This document shows positions 40,257 through 49,673 of a DNA stretch of 64,000 nt, piece by piece. Below the pieces are notes generated by a model that worked only from the letters and a program-made list of their open reading frames with translations, made no database searches and was not told where the DNA came from. Position 1 is the stretch's first letter; each line of letters begins with the position of its first letter. This DNA comes from Eisenibacter elegans DSM 3317 (lineage in GTDB: Bacteria > Bacteroidota > Bacteroidia > Cytophagales > Microscillaceae): positions 64,001 to 128,000 of the forward strand of contig NZ_AUMD01000021.1 of NCBI RefSeq assembly GCF_000430505.1, given 5' to 3'. The translations under genes and the position numbers were made by a program.

Positions 40257-40767
40257 GCAATATAGCCTCGGCCAAAGCTTGTGTTTGGGGTGTGGGCATA
40301 TATGCTTCCAAGGTATTGGTATAAGTCAATACGTATATTTTTCCTTGTTTGAGGTAATAATGCTGCCGCCATAACAACTTTTGTATGCCTTGTGTACCAG
40401 AGAAGATGACTTCATACAACTGGTCGGTGTCTTGTTGGCGGAAGTTGGCATACAATATTTTGGCATCCGTGATAAAGTTTTTGATTTGTGTGAGCGAAAG
40501 CTCGGCTATTTCCCCCAAGCCAACAGCGTTTTCTGTGGGGAATTGCTGTACCGTTAAGTTGACATTCGGTCTGAAACCATCGGGCTGTACTTGGTCAAAA
40601 ACAATAAAGTGGGTACCCATCAGACCGCTTTGGTCTAGTTGCCAGTCGGCAGGATAACATATTTGGTATTGGGCAGTCCTCAAGGTATCCCACGGGGTGT
40701 CTTGTGCGTGTGCATCCACAGCCCAAAGTATGAGAAACAGAAAAAGTAGGCGAGCTAAAGAGTTCAT
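40237..40767 (-). CDS. Hypothetical secreted protein.
   Basis: It has the signal peptide MNSLARLLFLFLILWAVDAHAQ and is 176 aa. Confidence 0.45.
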   Translation of the reverse strand: MNSLARLLFLFLILWAVDAHAQDTPWDTLRTAQYQICYPADWQLDQSGLMGTHFIVFDQVQPDGFRPNVNLTVQQFPTENAVGLGEIAELSLTQIKNFITDAKILYANFRQQDTDQLYEVIFSGTQGIQKLLWRQHYYLKQGKIYVLTYTNTLEAYMPTPQTQALAEAILLSFALR

Positions 40768-40892
40768 TTTTTAGAGTTGTTGGATGCCACCAGCAATACT
40801 CCCAAGCCCAAACCTACAAAGAGGATTGCCGGCACGAGCATTGTGATGATGTCGATGTTTGGGTTTTGAACAACAGACATTGGAGGAATATT

Positions 40893-41390
40893 TTAATGGG
40901 GGAGTAGTGCTTCTAGCTTTTGTTTCAAAGCCATCACTTTGTCGTAGTCCGGTTGTTGGGCTATTTCGCTGCTGGGCGCATACCAGCTGAGTATTCGGGA
41001 GGGTTGGCGCGCCAGCGATACCTCCAGCCGGATGCTGGTTACGTGGTATGGGGGAGTGAGGCTGAGCGGTGGCGCTATGCGGCTATCTACCCAGAAGGTA
41101 TTTTGCTCTAGCCACGTACGCAGCCCCTCTTCCTGCTCCGGGGTCAGTTTGGTTTGCAGCAAAGACGTAGGGCGCTTGCCAGCATTACGACCGTAGTGCT
41201 CTTGTTCATAAGTAAGCACCGACTGCCGAAGCTCCCAACGCTCCTCGGTACGGTGTGTGTCCTTAGATTTTTCTAATGTAATCACTTGCAGGCGCAACGC
41301 AGTAGTATTGGCCAATTTGGCGCTATCAATGGGTTCACTGCTGCTCCAACCCAACAATAAGGGCAATATGAGGGCGATATAGCTAATCAT
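40893..41390 (-). CDS. Hypothetical secreted protein.
   Basis: It has an N-terminal signal/anchor and is 165 aa. It overlaps the upstream DUF3592 gene by 8 nt. Confidence 0.4.
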   Translation of the reverse strand: MISYIALILPLLLGWSSSEPIDSAKLANTTALRLQVITLEKSKDTHRTEERWELRQSVLTYEQEHYGRNAGKRPTSLLQTKLTPEQEEGLRTWLEQNTFWVDSRIAPPLSLTPPYHVTSIRLEVSLARQPSRILSWYAPSSEIAQQPDYDKVMALKQKLEALLPH

Positions 41391-41829
41391 AAACTAGAGG
41401 TATATTTTTAGGCTTTTCGCAAAAAAAGCCAGCGTAAAAAAAGCCGAAGAAAAGCATAAACAGCCCTACAATGCTCAAAAATACAGGTTCAAAGTGGCGT
41501 TCCCAAAAAGCATACATCTTGGCTTGCTGAGGATTTTGGGGATTGTATATGACCGTTACCTCTTGGCCAATGCTATAAGGGAAAATATCCACATTTTGTG
41601 CTAACTCACTTTTGAAAACCACTTCTTGTCCTTCCTTGGTTATAAATCTAACCCAAGGCGACTGGTAAATGGCTTTGTGTTCGATTTCAAATACCTGTCC
41701 GGTGGTCAGTTCTCCGCCAGCTTCGAGGTTTATTTGTTGAACCAAAAACCACAGACCATAACCCAATACGGCTCCACCCAATATAACGATGGCAATCCCG
41801 ACGAAAGAAGCTTTTTTGTATCCACCCAT
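41383..41829 (-). CDS. DUF3592-like membrane protein.
   Basis: It has a TM helix, a beta-rich middle region and a C-terminal TM helix (FLSIVGLFMLFFGFFYAGFF). The ORF extends to 41880. Confidence 0.45.
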   Translation of the reverse strand: MGGYKKASFVGIAIVILGGAVLGYGLWFLVQQINLEAGGELTTGQVFEIEHKAIYQSPWVRFITKEGQEVVFKSELAQNVDIFPYSIGQEVTVIYNPQNPQQAKMYAFWERHFEPVFLSIVGLFMLFFGFFYAGFFCEKPKNIPLVYD

Positions 41830-41955
41830 CGTACATGTGTTTGGCCAATCAGTGGGGTTTCTAAGCGTGTTTTGAGGCAAAGCCTGAGCTGATGCTATTT
41901 ACATAAACGCAGGCATAGACGCAAAAGTTGTAGCCCTAAAACCTAGTCGAAGGCC

Positions 41956-42273
41956 TCAATTCAGAATAATCTTGCTTTCTGTACAGAGGTTGATGGGGCC
42001 GTAGCTCCAACTGTCGGCAGCGCTACTTACACGTACTTCCCAAGTACATTCTTGGCTATTTAGCTGATAGCTGAAGTTAGCGCCTTGTTTGAGGGCTGTT
42101 TTTTGGTCATAAACAGTAAACGTCTCGCCATTATCATTTTCAATGACAATACGGATGAGGTCTTCGCCGCTTTGATTTACAAAGACAACCTGCCGGTTGT
42201 TGGATGTTATGTCGGAGGCTCCCAACCAGATGTATATCCCACAAAGCAGGGAGAGGAGTAAATTTGCATTCAT
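41956..42273 (-). CDS. Small hypothetical secreted protein.
   Basis: It has a signal peptide, is 105 aa, and contains 4 Cys residues. Confidence 0.4.
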   Translation of the reverse strand: MNANLLLSLLCGIYIWLGASDITSNNRQVVFVNQSGEDLIRIVIENDNGETFTVYDQKTALKQGANFSYQLNSQECTWEVRVSSAADSWSYGPINLCTESKIILN

Positions 42274-42315
42274 AACACTGGATATTGATAATTAGGTGAT
42301 TAACGAAAAAGTTGG

Positions 42316-43254
42316 TTAAAAATTGTGAGTATCTTCGATGAGGTATTGGTTCAACAACGGGGCGACACTTTTAATCAACAGAAAAGGGTTGTCTCTCCAC
42401 TGTTCTACGGTGGCGTGGGTATTGGTACAGGCTACTTGTTTGAACAAGCCGCTGTGCTGGAGGCGTTCGAGGGCGTTATTGCTGAATAGCCCGTGGGTTG
42501 TGATGGCATATACTTCTTCTGCGCCGGCTTGGTGGTAGGCTTGGGCGGCATTGATTAGGGAGCCTCCCGTGCGAATCATATCATCATAAATGACAACTTT
42601 GCGACCACGGACTTCGGCATTGATGCCTGTAATGGCGGTTTGGCTGCCGCTTAGACGGCGTTTGAACACAAAGGCAGCTTCTACGCCAATGTCGTTGGCC
42701 AAGGACTCTACCCACTTGGCGCGCCCCGCATCGGTACAGGCCAGCACAAAGTCTGTTTCGCCAAAAGCCCGGGCTGCTTCGATGACCAGCTCCTTAGCAT
42801 AGAGATGTACGGGGCGGACGTGGTTTTCAAAATAATATTCCATCCCGGCCACGTGTAAGTCAATCATTACTAGCCTATTGTGCTTGTCTGCATAGGGGAT
42901 AGAAGATAAGAGACGTGCTCTGGTTTTGGCAGTTACTACTTCCCCGCGCTTGACAGCACGCTCCATTGTCGCATAACCAAAATAAGGGACAACCAAGGTC
43001 AGTGTTTCAGCCCCATATTTGACCAAGGCGCAGGCCAAGTCATAGAGTTCGAGAGTGTTGGGGTCGTCTATAGTACCTCCTACAAGCACTACAGTGCGCT
43101 GCCTTACTTCGGTCAGGATACGCTGATAGCGCTCCCCATCAGGGAAGTATTTGACAGTAACTTCCCCGCGCTCCCATCGGTCGGGGGCTTGGGCTAGTAG
43201 TTCTTCGAGAAGGTATTGGTAGGCCTGTGTGGCAAAGAGTATGGGTCGGTTCAT
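42316..43254 (-). CDS. prs: Ribose-phosphate pyrophosphokinase (PRPP synthetase).
   Basis: It has the PRPP-binding loop VVIYDDMIRTGGSL and the Prs N-domain pattern. The ORF extends to 43344; the start was chosen at MNRPILF. Confidence 0.8.
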   Translation of the reverse strand: MNRPILFATQAYQYLLEELLAQAPDRWERGEVTVKYFPDGERYQRILTEVRQRTVVLVGGTIDDPNTLELYDLACALVKYGAETLTLVVPYFGYATMERAVKRGEVVTAKTRARLLSSIPYADKHNRLVMIDLHVAGMEYYFENHVRPVHLYAKELVIEAARAFGETDFVLACTDAGRAKWVESLANDIGVEAAFVFKRRLSGSQTAITGINAEVRGRKVVIYDDMIRTGGSLINAAQAYHQAGAEEVYAITTHGLFSNNALERLQHSGLFKQVACTNTHATVEQWRDNPFLLIKSVAPLLNQYLIEDTHNF

Positions 43255-43459
43255 AGACTTGAAAACAATGCTAGGGGTGATGCTCAATAGCTCATCTGCC
43301 ACCAGAATCGTACCATTCCCGCTGACAGAAGTCAAAACCTGCATCAGCCTGAAAGATTGGCAGGCTTGAGACTGACGCAGGCGCGGGGGTATAAAAGATG
43401 TTTATGCTACTAGATATTTTTGGAAAGATAGCCCCTACCGCGAATTAACACTGTAGGTG

Positions 43460-43591
43460 CGCCACTGGACATTGTTGGAAAAGTAGCTCGGAGCTAGAGA
43501 TCCGAGACAAGCCGAGGCCTCATTTTTTTTGGGGATAAGATAAGACTTAGCCCACAGTTTTAACTGTGGGTTTGAAAAATGTCCAGCGGCG
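43460..43591 (+). mobile_element. Family-B MITE-like element, copy 1 (132 bp), with terminal inverted repeats.
   Basis: The left end cgccactggacatt and the right end (reverse complement) cgccgctggacatt match at 13 of 14 positions. Inside are the hairpin ctcgga...tccgag, a gaggcctc palindrome followed by T8, and the palindrome cccacagttttaactgtggg. Confidence 0.6.
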
Positions 43592-43674
43592 TAGGCAATA
43601 AGCAAAGCCACTCCAAAATTGGAATGGCTCGTATAGGAAAACCTTTGAGTTACTCAAAAGCAGCTTGCTTGGGA

Positions 43675-45510
43675 CTAGAAAGCGTATTTACCTTCGGCAA
43701 TCAGGCGGTCGGCAATCTGACGACGTAGGGCTTTGGCATTGATTGGGTTCAGCTCAGTATATTGGCGTAAGGCGGCTAGGGCCTGGGCATAAGCTTCACC
43801 TTGAGCAATGGCGCTGAGCACCTCTTTGCCATTGAGGTAGACTTGGTCGGCGGCCTCTTGTAGATAAATTTTGGCCATCATCTCTTGGTATTGACAAGCC
43901 TCTGTACCGCGTTGTTGGATGAGTTTCTGGGTACGCAACACTACCGACTCGGCGGCGTACACCTCTACCAACATATTGGCTAGGCTGATAAGCAGCTCTT
44001 GCTCGTCTTTGATGGCTTCTCCGACGTGCTGGACGGTATGGCCTATCATGAGCAACAGCGCTTTTTTGAGTTGTTTGGTGGCAGCCTCCTCATAGCTTAG
44101 CGCAGTGCCATCAGTTTGGCGTGGGGCGATACCTTGGCGTACTTCGGCTTGCACAGCCTTGATGGCGCTCATCAGGTCAAGCTCACCTTTGAGGCCGCGC
44201 TTGAGGATGGTACTGATTGCGAGAATGCGGTTGATCTCGTTGGTACCTTCAAAAATACGGTTGATGCGTGCATCGCGGTAGCAGCGGTCTGCCGGAGCGT
44301 CAGCAGAGTAGCCCATTCCACCAAAAACCTGTACGGTCTCGTCTACGCAATAGTCCAATACTTCAGAGCCGTGAACTTTCATCAGGGCACACTCGATGGC
44401 AAATTGCTCGAAACTTTTGAGCTTGGCTTCGGCCTCTTCCATCCCTTGGGCTTGGAAAGCCTCGATGCAGTCGTCTATATTTTGCCCGGCGCGGTATACA
44501 GCCGATTCGCTGGCGTAGATACGCACGGCCTGCTCTGCCAGTTTGTGTTTGATAGCACCGAAGTTGGCAATGGCCGTCCCAAATTGTTTACGTTCGTTGG
44601 CATAACGAATGGCGTGGTTGAGGGCTGCGCGTGCACCACCAACATTAGAAGCCCCTAGCTTGATGCGCCCAATATTGAGGATGTTGACGGCAATCTTGAA
44701 GCCATTGCCGCGCTCCGAAAGTAGGTTTTCGACCGGCACGTGGCAGTCGTTGAAAAAAACTTGGCGTGTGTCAGAGCCTTTGATGCCCATTTTGTGCTCG
44801 GGGGCGTTCATCGTGATGCCACCAAAGTCTTTTTCTACAATAAAGGCCGACAGATTTTTGTCATCGTCTATTTTGGCAAATACAATAAACAAATCAGCAA
44901 AACCGGCATTGGTAATCCACATCTTCTGCCCATTTATGACATAGTGTTTGCCGTCGGCAGAGAGGGTTGCGCGTGTTTTGCCTGAGTTGGCATCCGAGCC
45001 AGAATCAGGCTCAGTGAGGCAGTAGCAGGCTTTGAGCTCGCCAGTGGCTAGTTTGGGCAAATACTTGGTTTTTTGGGCTTCGTTACCATAATACTGGATG
45101 GGGAGCGTGCCGATACCGGTATGTGCCGAGAAGGCCACCGTAAACGAATGACCGCCGCCAAGGTAGTCTGTTACCAACATTGTAGCGTTGAGGTTCATCC
45201 CAAAACCTTCGTATGCCTCAGGAACACCAGTGGCCAGAAGCCCCAGCTCGGCTGATTTGTCCAATAGCGAGGCCATCAGCTCGGGGCTTTCGGCCTTGTC
45301 AATTTTATCAAGGATAGGCAAAACCTCCTTATCCAACAAATCGAGACAAGACTGCGCTACCATCCGCTGCTCTTCGTCAAACTCTTCGGGGATAAATACC
45401 TGTGTCGCAGGAATATCTTTGACAAGAAATTCACCGCCTTTGACCAACTCTTTATTTTCTATTGCTTGCATATAGAGTAATGATTTTTTGTTTGGAATGA
45501 GGGTAGGCAA
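43675..45510 (-). CDS. Acyl-CoA dehydrogenase, long form with a C-terminal extension.
   Basis: This 611-aa protein has ACAD N, M and C1 domains (CLTEPDSGSD, GGMGY). MQAIENKEL (45471) is an alternative start. Confidence 0.85.
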   Translation of the reverse strand: MPTLIPNKKSLLYMQAIENKELVKGGEFLVKDIPATQVFIPEEFDEEQRMVAQSCLDLLDKEVLPILDKIDKAESPELMASLLDKSAELGLLATGVPEAYEGFGMNLNATMLVTDYLGGGHSFTVAFSAHTGIGTLPIQYYGNEAQKTKYLPKLATGELKACYCLTEPDSGSDANSGKTRATLSADGKHYVINGQKMWITNAGFADLFIVFAKIDDDKNLSAFIVEKDFGGITMNAPEHKMGIKGSDTRQVFFNDCHVPVENLLSERGNGFKIAVNILNIGRIKLGASNVGGARAALNHAIRYANERKQFGTAIANFGAIKHKLAEQAVRIYASESAVYRAGQNIDDCIEAFQAQGMEEAEAKLKSFEQFAIECALMKVHGSEVLDYCVDETVQVFGGMGYSADAPADRCYRDARINRIFEGTNEINRILAISTILKRGLKGELDLMSAIKAVQAEVRQGIAPRQTDGTALSYEEAATKQLKKALLLMIGHTVQHVGEAIKDEQELLISLANMLVEVYAAESVVLRTQKLIQQRGTEACQYQEMMAKIYLQEAADQVYLNGKEVLSAIAQGEAYAQALAALRQYTELNPINAKALRRQIADRLIAEGKYAF

Positions 45511-45628
45511 ATATACAAAAAATATGGTATGCGTGCATACTATATCCTTGATTTGTTAGACTGGCTGTATATCCAAATTGTTTGTGTGTTATGGGGGAGG
45601 TAGTTTGGAAGTAACACCTAGTCAGCAT

Positions 45629-45706
45629 TAGTTTGGGTAATGTACGCTGAAAATCCCTGAAAATCAAATCTATCCAATCCTTTAATGATTTGAATCTTGG
45701 TATTGA
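45629..45706 (+). repeat. Family-A intergenic repeat, partial copy.
   Basis: The sequence is tagtttgggtaatgtacgctgaaaatccctgaaaatcaaatc...gatttgaatcttggtattga. It ends 12 bp before the aat stop. Confidence 0.55.
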
Positions 45707-45717
45707 TTCCGACATCA

Positions 45718-46419
45718 TCAATAATCGATACCTACCTGTTCTAGGCTTTGCCAGTTCCCGCGCCAAGTAGGAATTCGCAAGAGATGGTGAAGTTGTTGCA
45801 CAAATGTTGTTCGAGGAATATGTATAGCGCCTAGGCTTTCGAGATGGGTAGTATGTACCTGACAGTCGATGAGTTGGAAGTCGAGTTGGGCGAGTTTTTG
45901 GGTCAGTGTCAAGAATCCTGCTTTAGAGGCATTGCTGACCTTGCTGAACATCGATTCGCCAAAAAAGACCCTTCCCATACTGACTCCATACAGCCCCCCG
46001 ACGAGTTGCTCATCTTGCCATACTTCTACGGAGTGTGCGTAGCCTTGGTGGTGTAGGTCTAGGTAGGCTTGTAGCATTTCGTCGGTAATCCAAGTACCAT
46101 ATTGGCCGGAGCGGGGGATGTGGCGGCAAGCACCTATGACTTGCTCGAAGGCTTGGTCGAAGCTGACACGGAAGCGCCCTTGGCGCAAAATTGTGCGCAT
46201 ACTTTTAGAAACCTTCAGGTTCTTTGGATAGAGGACAAAGCGCGGGTTGGGCGACCACCAGATGATGGGGTCGCCTTGCGAATACCACGGGAAAATACCC
46301 GAGCGGTAGGCCAACAAAAGGCGCTCTTGGGAGAGGTCGCCACCAAGGGCTAAAATGCCGTCTTCGTCGGCTAGCTCTACGGGGGGGAAGTACAGGTTTT
46401 GGTCTAGGAAATAATACAT
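45718..46419 (-). CDS. aat: Leucyl/phenylalanyl-tRNA--protein transferase.
   Basis: It has the GIFPW, EVW..E.LVGGLYG and FFGESMF motifs. The ORF extends to 46458. Confidence 0.8.
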   Translation of the reverse strand: MYYFLDQNLYFPPVELADEDGILALGGDLSQERLLLAYRSGIFPWYSQGDPIIWWSPNPRFVLYPKNLKVSKSMRTILRQGRFRVSFDQAFEQVIGACRHIPRSGQYGTWITDEMLQAYLDLHHQGYAHSVEVWQDEQLVGGLYGVSMGRVFFGESMFSKVSNASKAGFLTLTQKLAQLDFQLIDCQVHTTHLESLGAIHIPRTTFVQQLHHLLRIPTWRGNWQSLEQVGIDY

Positions 46420-46518
46420 AGTAATCGTTTGGTGTAACAGAGCCAATAACCCTACCACGGAACTATTATGGCAAGCCTATGGTCGAGATTGAGGCTTATA
46501 TTGGCAAAAATCCCTACT

Positions 46519-46547
46519 TTATACCGAATCAAAATTGGGTAATGTAT
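46519..46547 (+). repeat. Family-A intergenic repeat, 5' fragment.
   Basis: The sequence tataccgaatcaaaattgggtaatgtatg matches the first 30 bp of the consensus. Confidence 0.4.
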
Positions 46548-46584
46548 GTTCTGACAATCACAGAGAGAGGTCGTATACAGGTTG

Positions 46585-48639
46585 TCAATTTCGCTTTTGT
46601 ATTTGGGTTAGCACTGCTTCGAGCGTATGTACGGGCAACTGACAAGCTTGTTCAAAACACACATAGTAGGTGTCCTGTCCGTTGAGGGCTTGCCTTTGGT
46701 GTAGGAGAGGTAACGCACTGGGCGCATCAGGTGTTTTGGCGGCCACAAGGTAGTTGAGCACAAACTGACGGTCAAGCTGGCGGGAGGCCGTTTGTGGGTC
46801 GGCAACTACCATTGCGACCTCGGCAGTAGGCACTGCCAACATCGCATAGAGGCAGGCCCAGTTGCTAAGGTATTCGGCATTGGTACTGAGCTGAGGCGAT
46901 ACTAGGCTGAGCATATCAGCGGCTTGTTTGCGCCACTGGGGCTTGTCGAGCAGCAGGCCTAGGCGGTGTAGGTTAAGCGCCATGGCAGAGTTGGATGCAG
47001 GCATAACCCCATCGAATATTTCTTTTTTGCGGGCAATAAGCTGGGCTGCATGGGCAGCAGTAAAAAAGAAAAGCCCCTCAGTCTCATCCCAAAAATGTGT
47101 TTGTGCGCCCCGAACAAGGGCCTCTGCCTTAGCAAGCCAAGAGCTGTCGAAGGTAGTTTGGTACAAAGCAGTATACGCTTCTATGAGAGCGGCATAATCT
47201 TCTAGGTAGGCCTCGATAGCCGGCCCATTATCAGATTTGGGGCTTCGGTACAGCGTTCCTTTGGGGCTGCGCAAGGTTTGTTCAATCATTTGAGCACAGC
47301 TGAGAGCCGCCTCCAACCAGCGTTCTTGGCCAAAGACACGGTAGGCCGTGAGCAATCCTGTGATTGCGAGCGCATTCCAAGCACAGAGCTGCTTTTGGTC
47401 GGTATGTGGACGTGGGCGTTGGGAGCGTGCTTGGCGCAGGGTGTGGTGCCAAAAGGTTTTGACCTCCTGTAAGCCCTCAGGGCTTAGCCGATGAGCTTGG
47501 GCAAAGGCTTCATCATCGACCTTACTGTACAGAATATTCTTGCCCTCTTCCCAGTTGCCTTCTGGGCGAAGCTCATAGTAGGCTGCCAACTGTGCCAAAT
47601 CTGCCTCGGAGAACAAGGCCTGTAGCTCGGCATAAGTCCAGCAATAATATTTCCCCTCTACCCCATCAATAGCAGCATCGACGGCGGTATAAAAGCCCCC
47701 TTGTGGTGCTTGTAGCTCCCGCAACAAGAAATCGGCGGTATCAGTTACGACCTGAGCGAATAGCGGACTAGGCTCAAGGGTATAGGCACGCGCATACAGG
47801 CCGAGTAATTGGGCACTATCGTAGAGCATTTTTTCAAAATGTGGCAGAAACCAAGACGCATCTACCGAATAGCGGGTAAATCCGCCGGCGACAGGGTCAT
47901 AAATCCCCCCCTTGGCCATCCGTTCTAGCGAAAGTAAGAGATGATGCCTGGCCATCGGGTCTTGGGTAGCTTCGTAATAATACATCAAAAACCAATAGAG
48001 CGTAGGCGTTGGGAATTTGGGCGCTTGGCGCAGCCCCCCATATTCAGGGTCAAAATCTTCGGCCAGTTTTTGGAATATCTCCCTGAGGACTTCGGGCTTG
48101 TATGTTTGTACTGCAGCCGGAAAGAGCTGGTATTTTTGCACTTCACTACTTTGAATAGCCTTTGCCAACTCCTCTGCGCTATCCTCTAGCTCTTGGCGGC
48201 GCGTCTGGAAAACGTCTGCCACATTGGCCAAAAGCGCTATCCATTCTTCAGGAGGGAAATAACTGCCTCCATAAAAAGGCTTGCCCTCTGGGGTTAGGAG
48301 CACATTGAGCGGCCACCCGCCCCGCTGCCCCAAGGCCGATACCGCATCCATATACACCGTATCAATATCGGGGCGCTCTTCGCGGTCTACTTTGATACAG
48401 ACAAAGTGTTGGTTCATCAAAGTAGCTACAGTTTCATTGCCAAAAGATTCGGCTTCCATCACATGACACCAGTGGCAGGTCGAATACCCAATACTGAGCA
48501 ACAGCGGTTTGTCTTCTGTTTTGGCACGTTGGAGCGCCTCTTCGCCCCAAGGATACCAATCGACGGGGTTGTAGGCGTGTTGTTGGAGGTAAGGGCTGGC
48601 ACTGTGGATGAGTCGGTTGGGGCTGCTATTGGGTTTCAT
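46585..48639 (-). CDS. Thioredoxin-domain protein (DUF255/YyaL family).
   Basis: It has an N-terminal thioredoxin-like motif STCHWCHVM fused to an alpha/alpha-toroid domain of about 500 aa. Length is 684 aa. Confidence 0.85.
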   Translation of the reverse strand: MKPNSSPNRLIHSASPYLQQHAYNPVDWYPWGEEALQRAKTEDKPLLLSIGYSTCHWCHVMEAESFGNETVATLMNQHFVCIKVDREERPDIDTVYMDAVSALGQRGGWPLNVLLTPEGKPFYGGSYFPPEEWIALLANVADVFQTRRQELEDSAEELAKAIQSSEVQKYQLFPAAVQTYKPEVLREIFQKLAEDFDPEYGGLRQAPKFPTPTLYWFLMYYYEATQDPMARHHLLLSLERMAKGGIYDPVAGGFTRYSVDASWFLPHFEKMLYDSAQLLGLYARAYTLEPSPLFAQVVTDTADFLLRELQAPQGGFYTAVDAAIDGVEGKYYCWTYAELQALFSEADLAQLAAYYELRPEGNWEEGKNILYSKVDDEAFAQAHRLSPEGLQEVKTFWHHTLRQARSQRPRPHTDQKQLCAWNALAITGLLTAYRVFGQERWLEAALSCAQMIEQTLRSPKGTLYRSPKSDNGPAIEAYLEDYAALIEAYTALYQTTFDSSWLAKAEALVRGAQTHFWDETEGLFFFTAAHAAQLIARKKEIFDGVMPASNSAMALNLHRLGLLLDKPQWRKQAADMLSLVSPQLSTNAEYLSNWACLYAMLAVPTAEVAMVVADPQTASRQLDRQFVLNYLVAAKTPDAPSALPLLHQRQALNGQDTYYVCFEQACQLPVHTLEAVLTQIQKRN

Positions 48640-48841
48640 ATTGGTGTGGCTAAATATGGCTCAAGATAATAAATAGGGGCGAGCAGTACAAACACTCACC
48701 ATACAAACAAGACGACACGAGGGGCAGTATAAAGCAGGTTTTGGCTATATTGCAAATTTTAATTGCATTTCTAGGTTACAACCTGTATTTTTGCTTTATT
48801 GCCTATTATTCTCTCTCACCTAAAAACCCCTTGCAAGCCCT

Positions 48842-49138
48842 ATGTCTCAAGAAATATTAGTAGAGCAATTGCAAGCACTCGAAAAAAAGCTCCATAAACT
48901 GGTCATCAAGTGCAATACCTACCAAAAAGAGAACGAACGATTGGTAGAAGAAAATATTCAACTACAAGAAACCGTCAAAAAACAAAAAGAAGAATTAGAT
49001 ACTTTTCATAATCAAGAAAATTTTAGTAGTATTGTTGCCTCAATAGCAACCGGAACAGAAGATACCGTAGAACTTAAAAAGAAACTAGACGAATATATCG
49101 ACGAAGTAGACAAGTGTATTGCCCTTTTGGGTAAATAA
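48842..49138 (+). CDS. Hypothetical coiled-coil protein, possibly ZapB-like.
   Basis: This 98-aa protein is predicted coiled coil throughout and lies immediately upstream of zapA. Confidence 0.4.
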   Translation: MSQEILVEQLQALEKKLHKLVIKCNTYQKENERLVEENIQLQETVKKQKEELDTFHNQENFSSIVASIATGTEDTVELKKKLDEYIDEVDKCIALLGK

Positions 49139-49239
49139 TATATGCTTTTGTGGTTTGGTCTTATTTAAGGTATGACGCTTCAACCAAATCACGCTTAGCA
49201 CTATTTAGTTTATTAATCGTTGAAAGAAGCGATGCAAGT

Positions 49240-49536
49240 ATGGGCGAAAAGCTTTCTATAAAAATAAAAATTGCTGAACGGGAATACCCGATGCGTACCA
49301 GTGTCGATACTGAAGAATTGCTCCGCAAAGCTGGTCGACAACTCAATGAACGCATCCAAAGCTACCGCGAGAATTATCAAATCGAAGATCGCCAAGACCT
49401 GCTCGCAATGGTGGCCTTTGATTGTATGGTAGCGCTGCTGGGGCAGCAGACAGAAAGCGAATCGACCCAATCGCTCCTGAATCAAAAGCTTCAAAAATGG
49501 GACGAGCTGATTACCTCAGCCCTCAAATTGGACTAG
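49240..49536 (+). CDS. zapA: Cell division protein ZapA.
   Basis: It is about 98 aa starting at MGEKLSIKIKIAEREYPM (a V.I.G..Y start), has a coiled-coil C-terminus, and lies upstream of rny. The ORF begins at 49150. Confidence 0.6.
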   Translation: MGEKLSIKIKIAEREYPMRTSVDTEELLRKAGRQLNERIQSYRENYQIEDRQDLLAMVAFDCMVALLGQQTESESTQSLLNQKLQKWDELITSALKLD

Positions 49537-49673
49537 GCCTCAGCGGGTACTTGTATTAGTTTTTTAGTTTGTTCTCATCCTCTCTTCATTCGTTCTGTCG
49601 TTGTTATCGGGATCGCACCGCTACCACCTATGGTGTATTATGGTAGAATGATTTAAAAGTCCACTCCCCGTCA

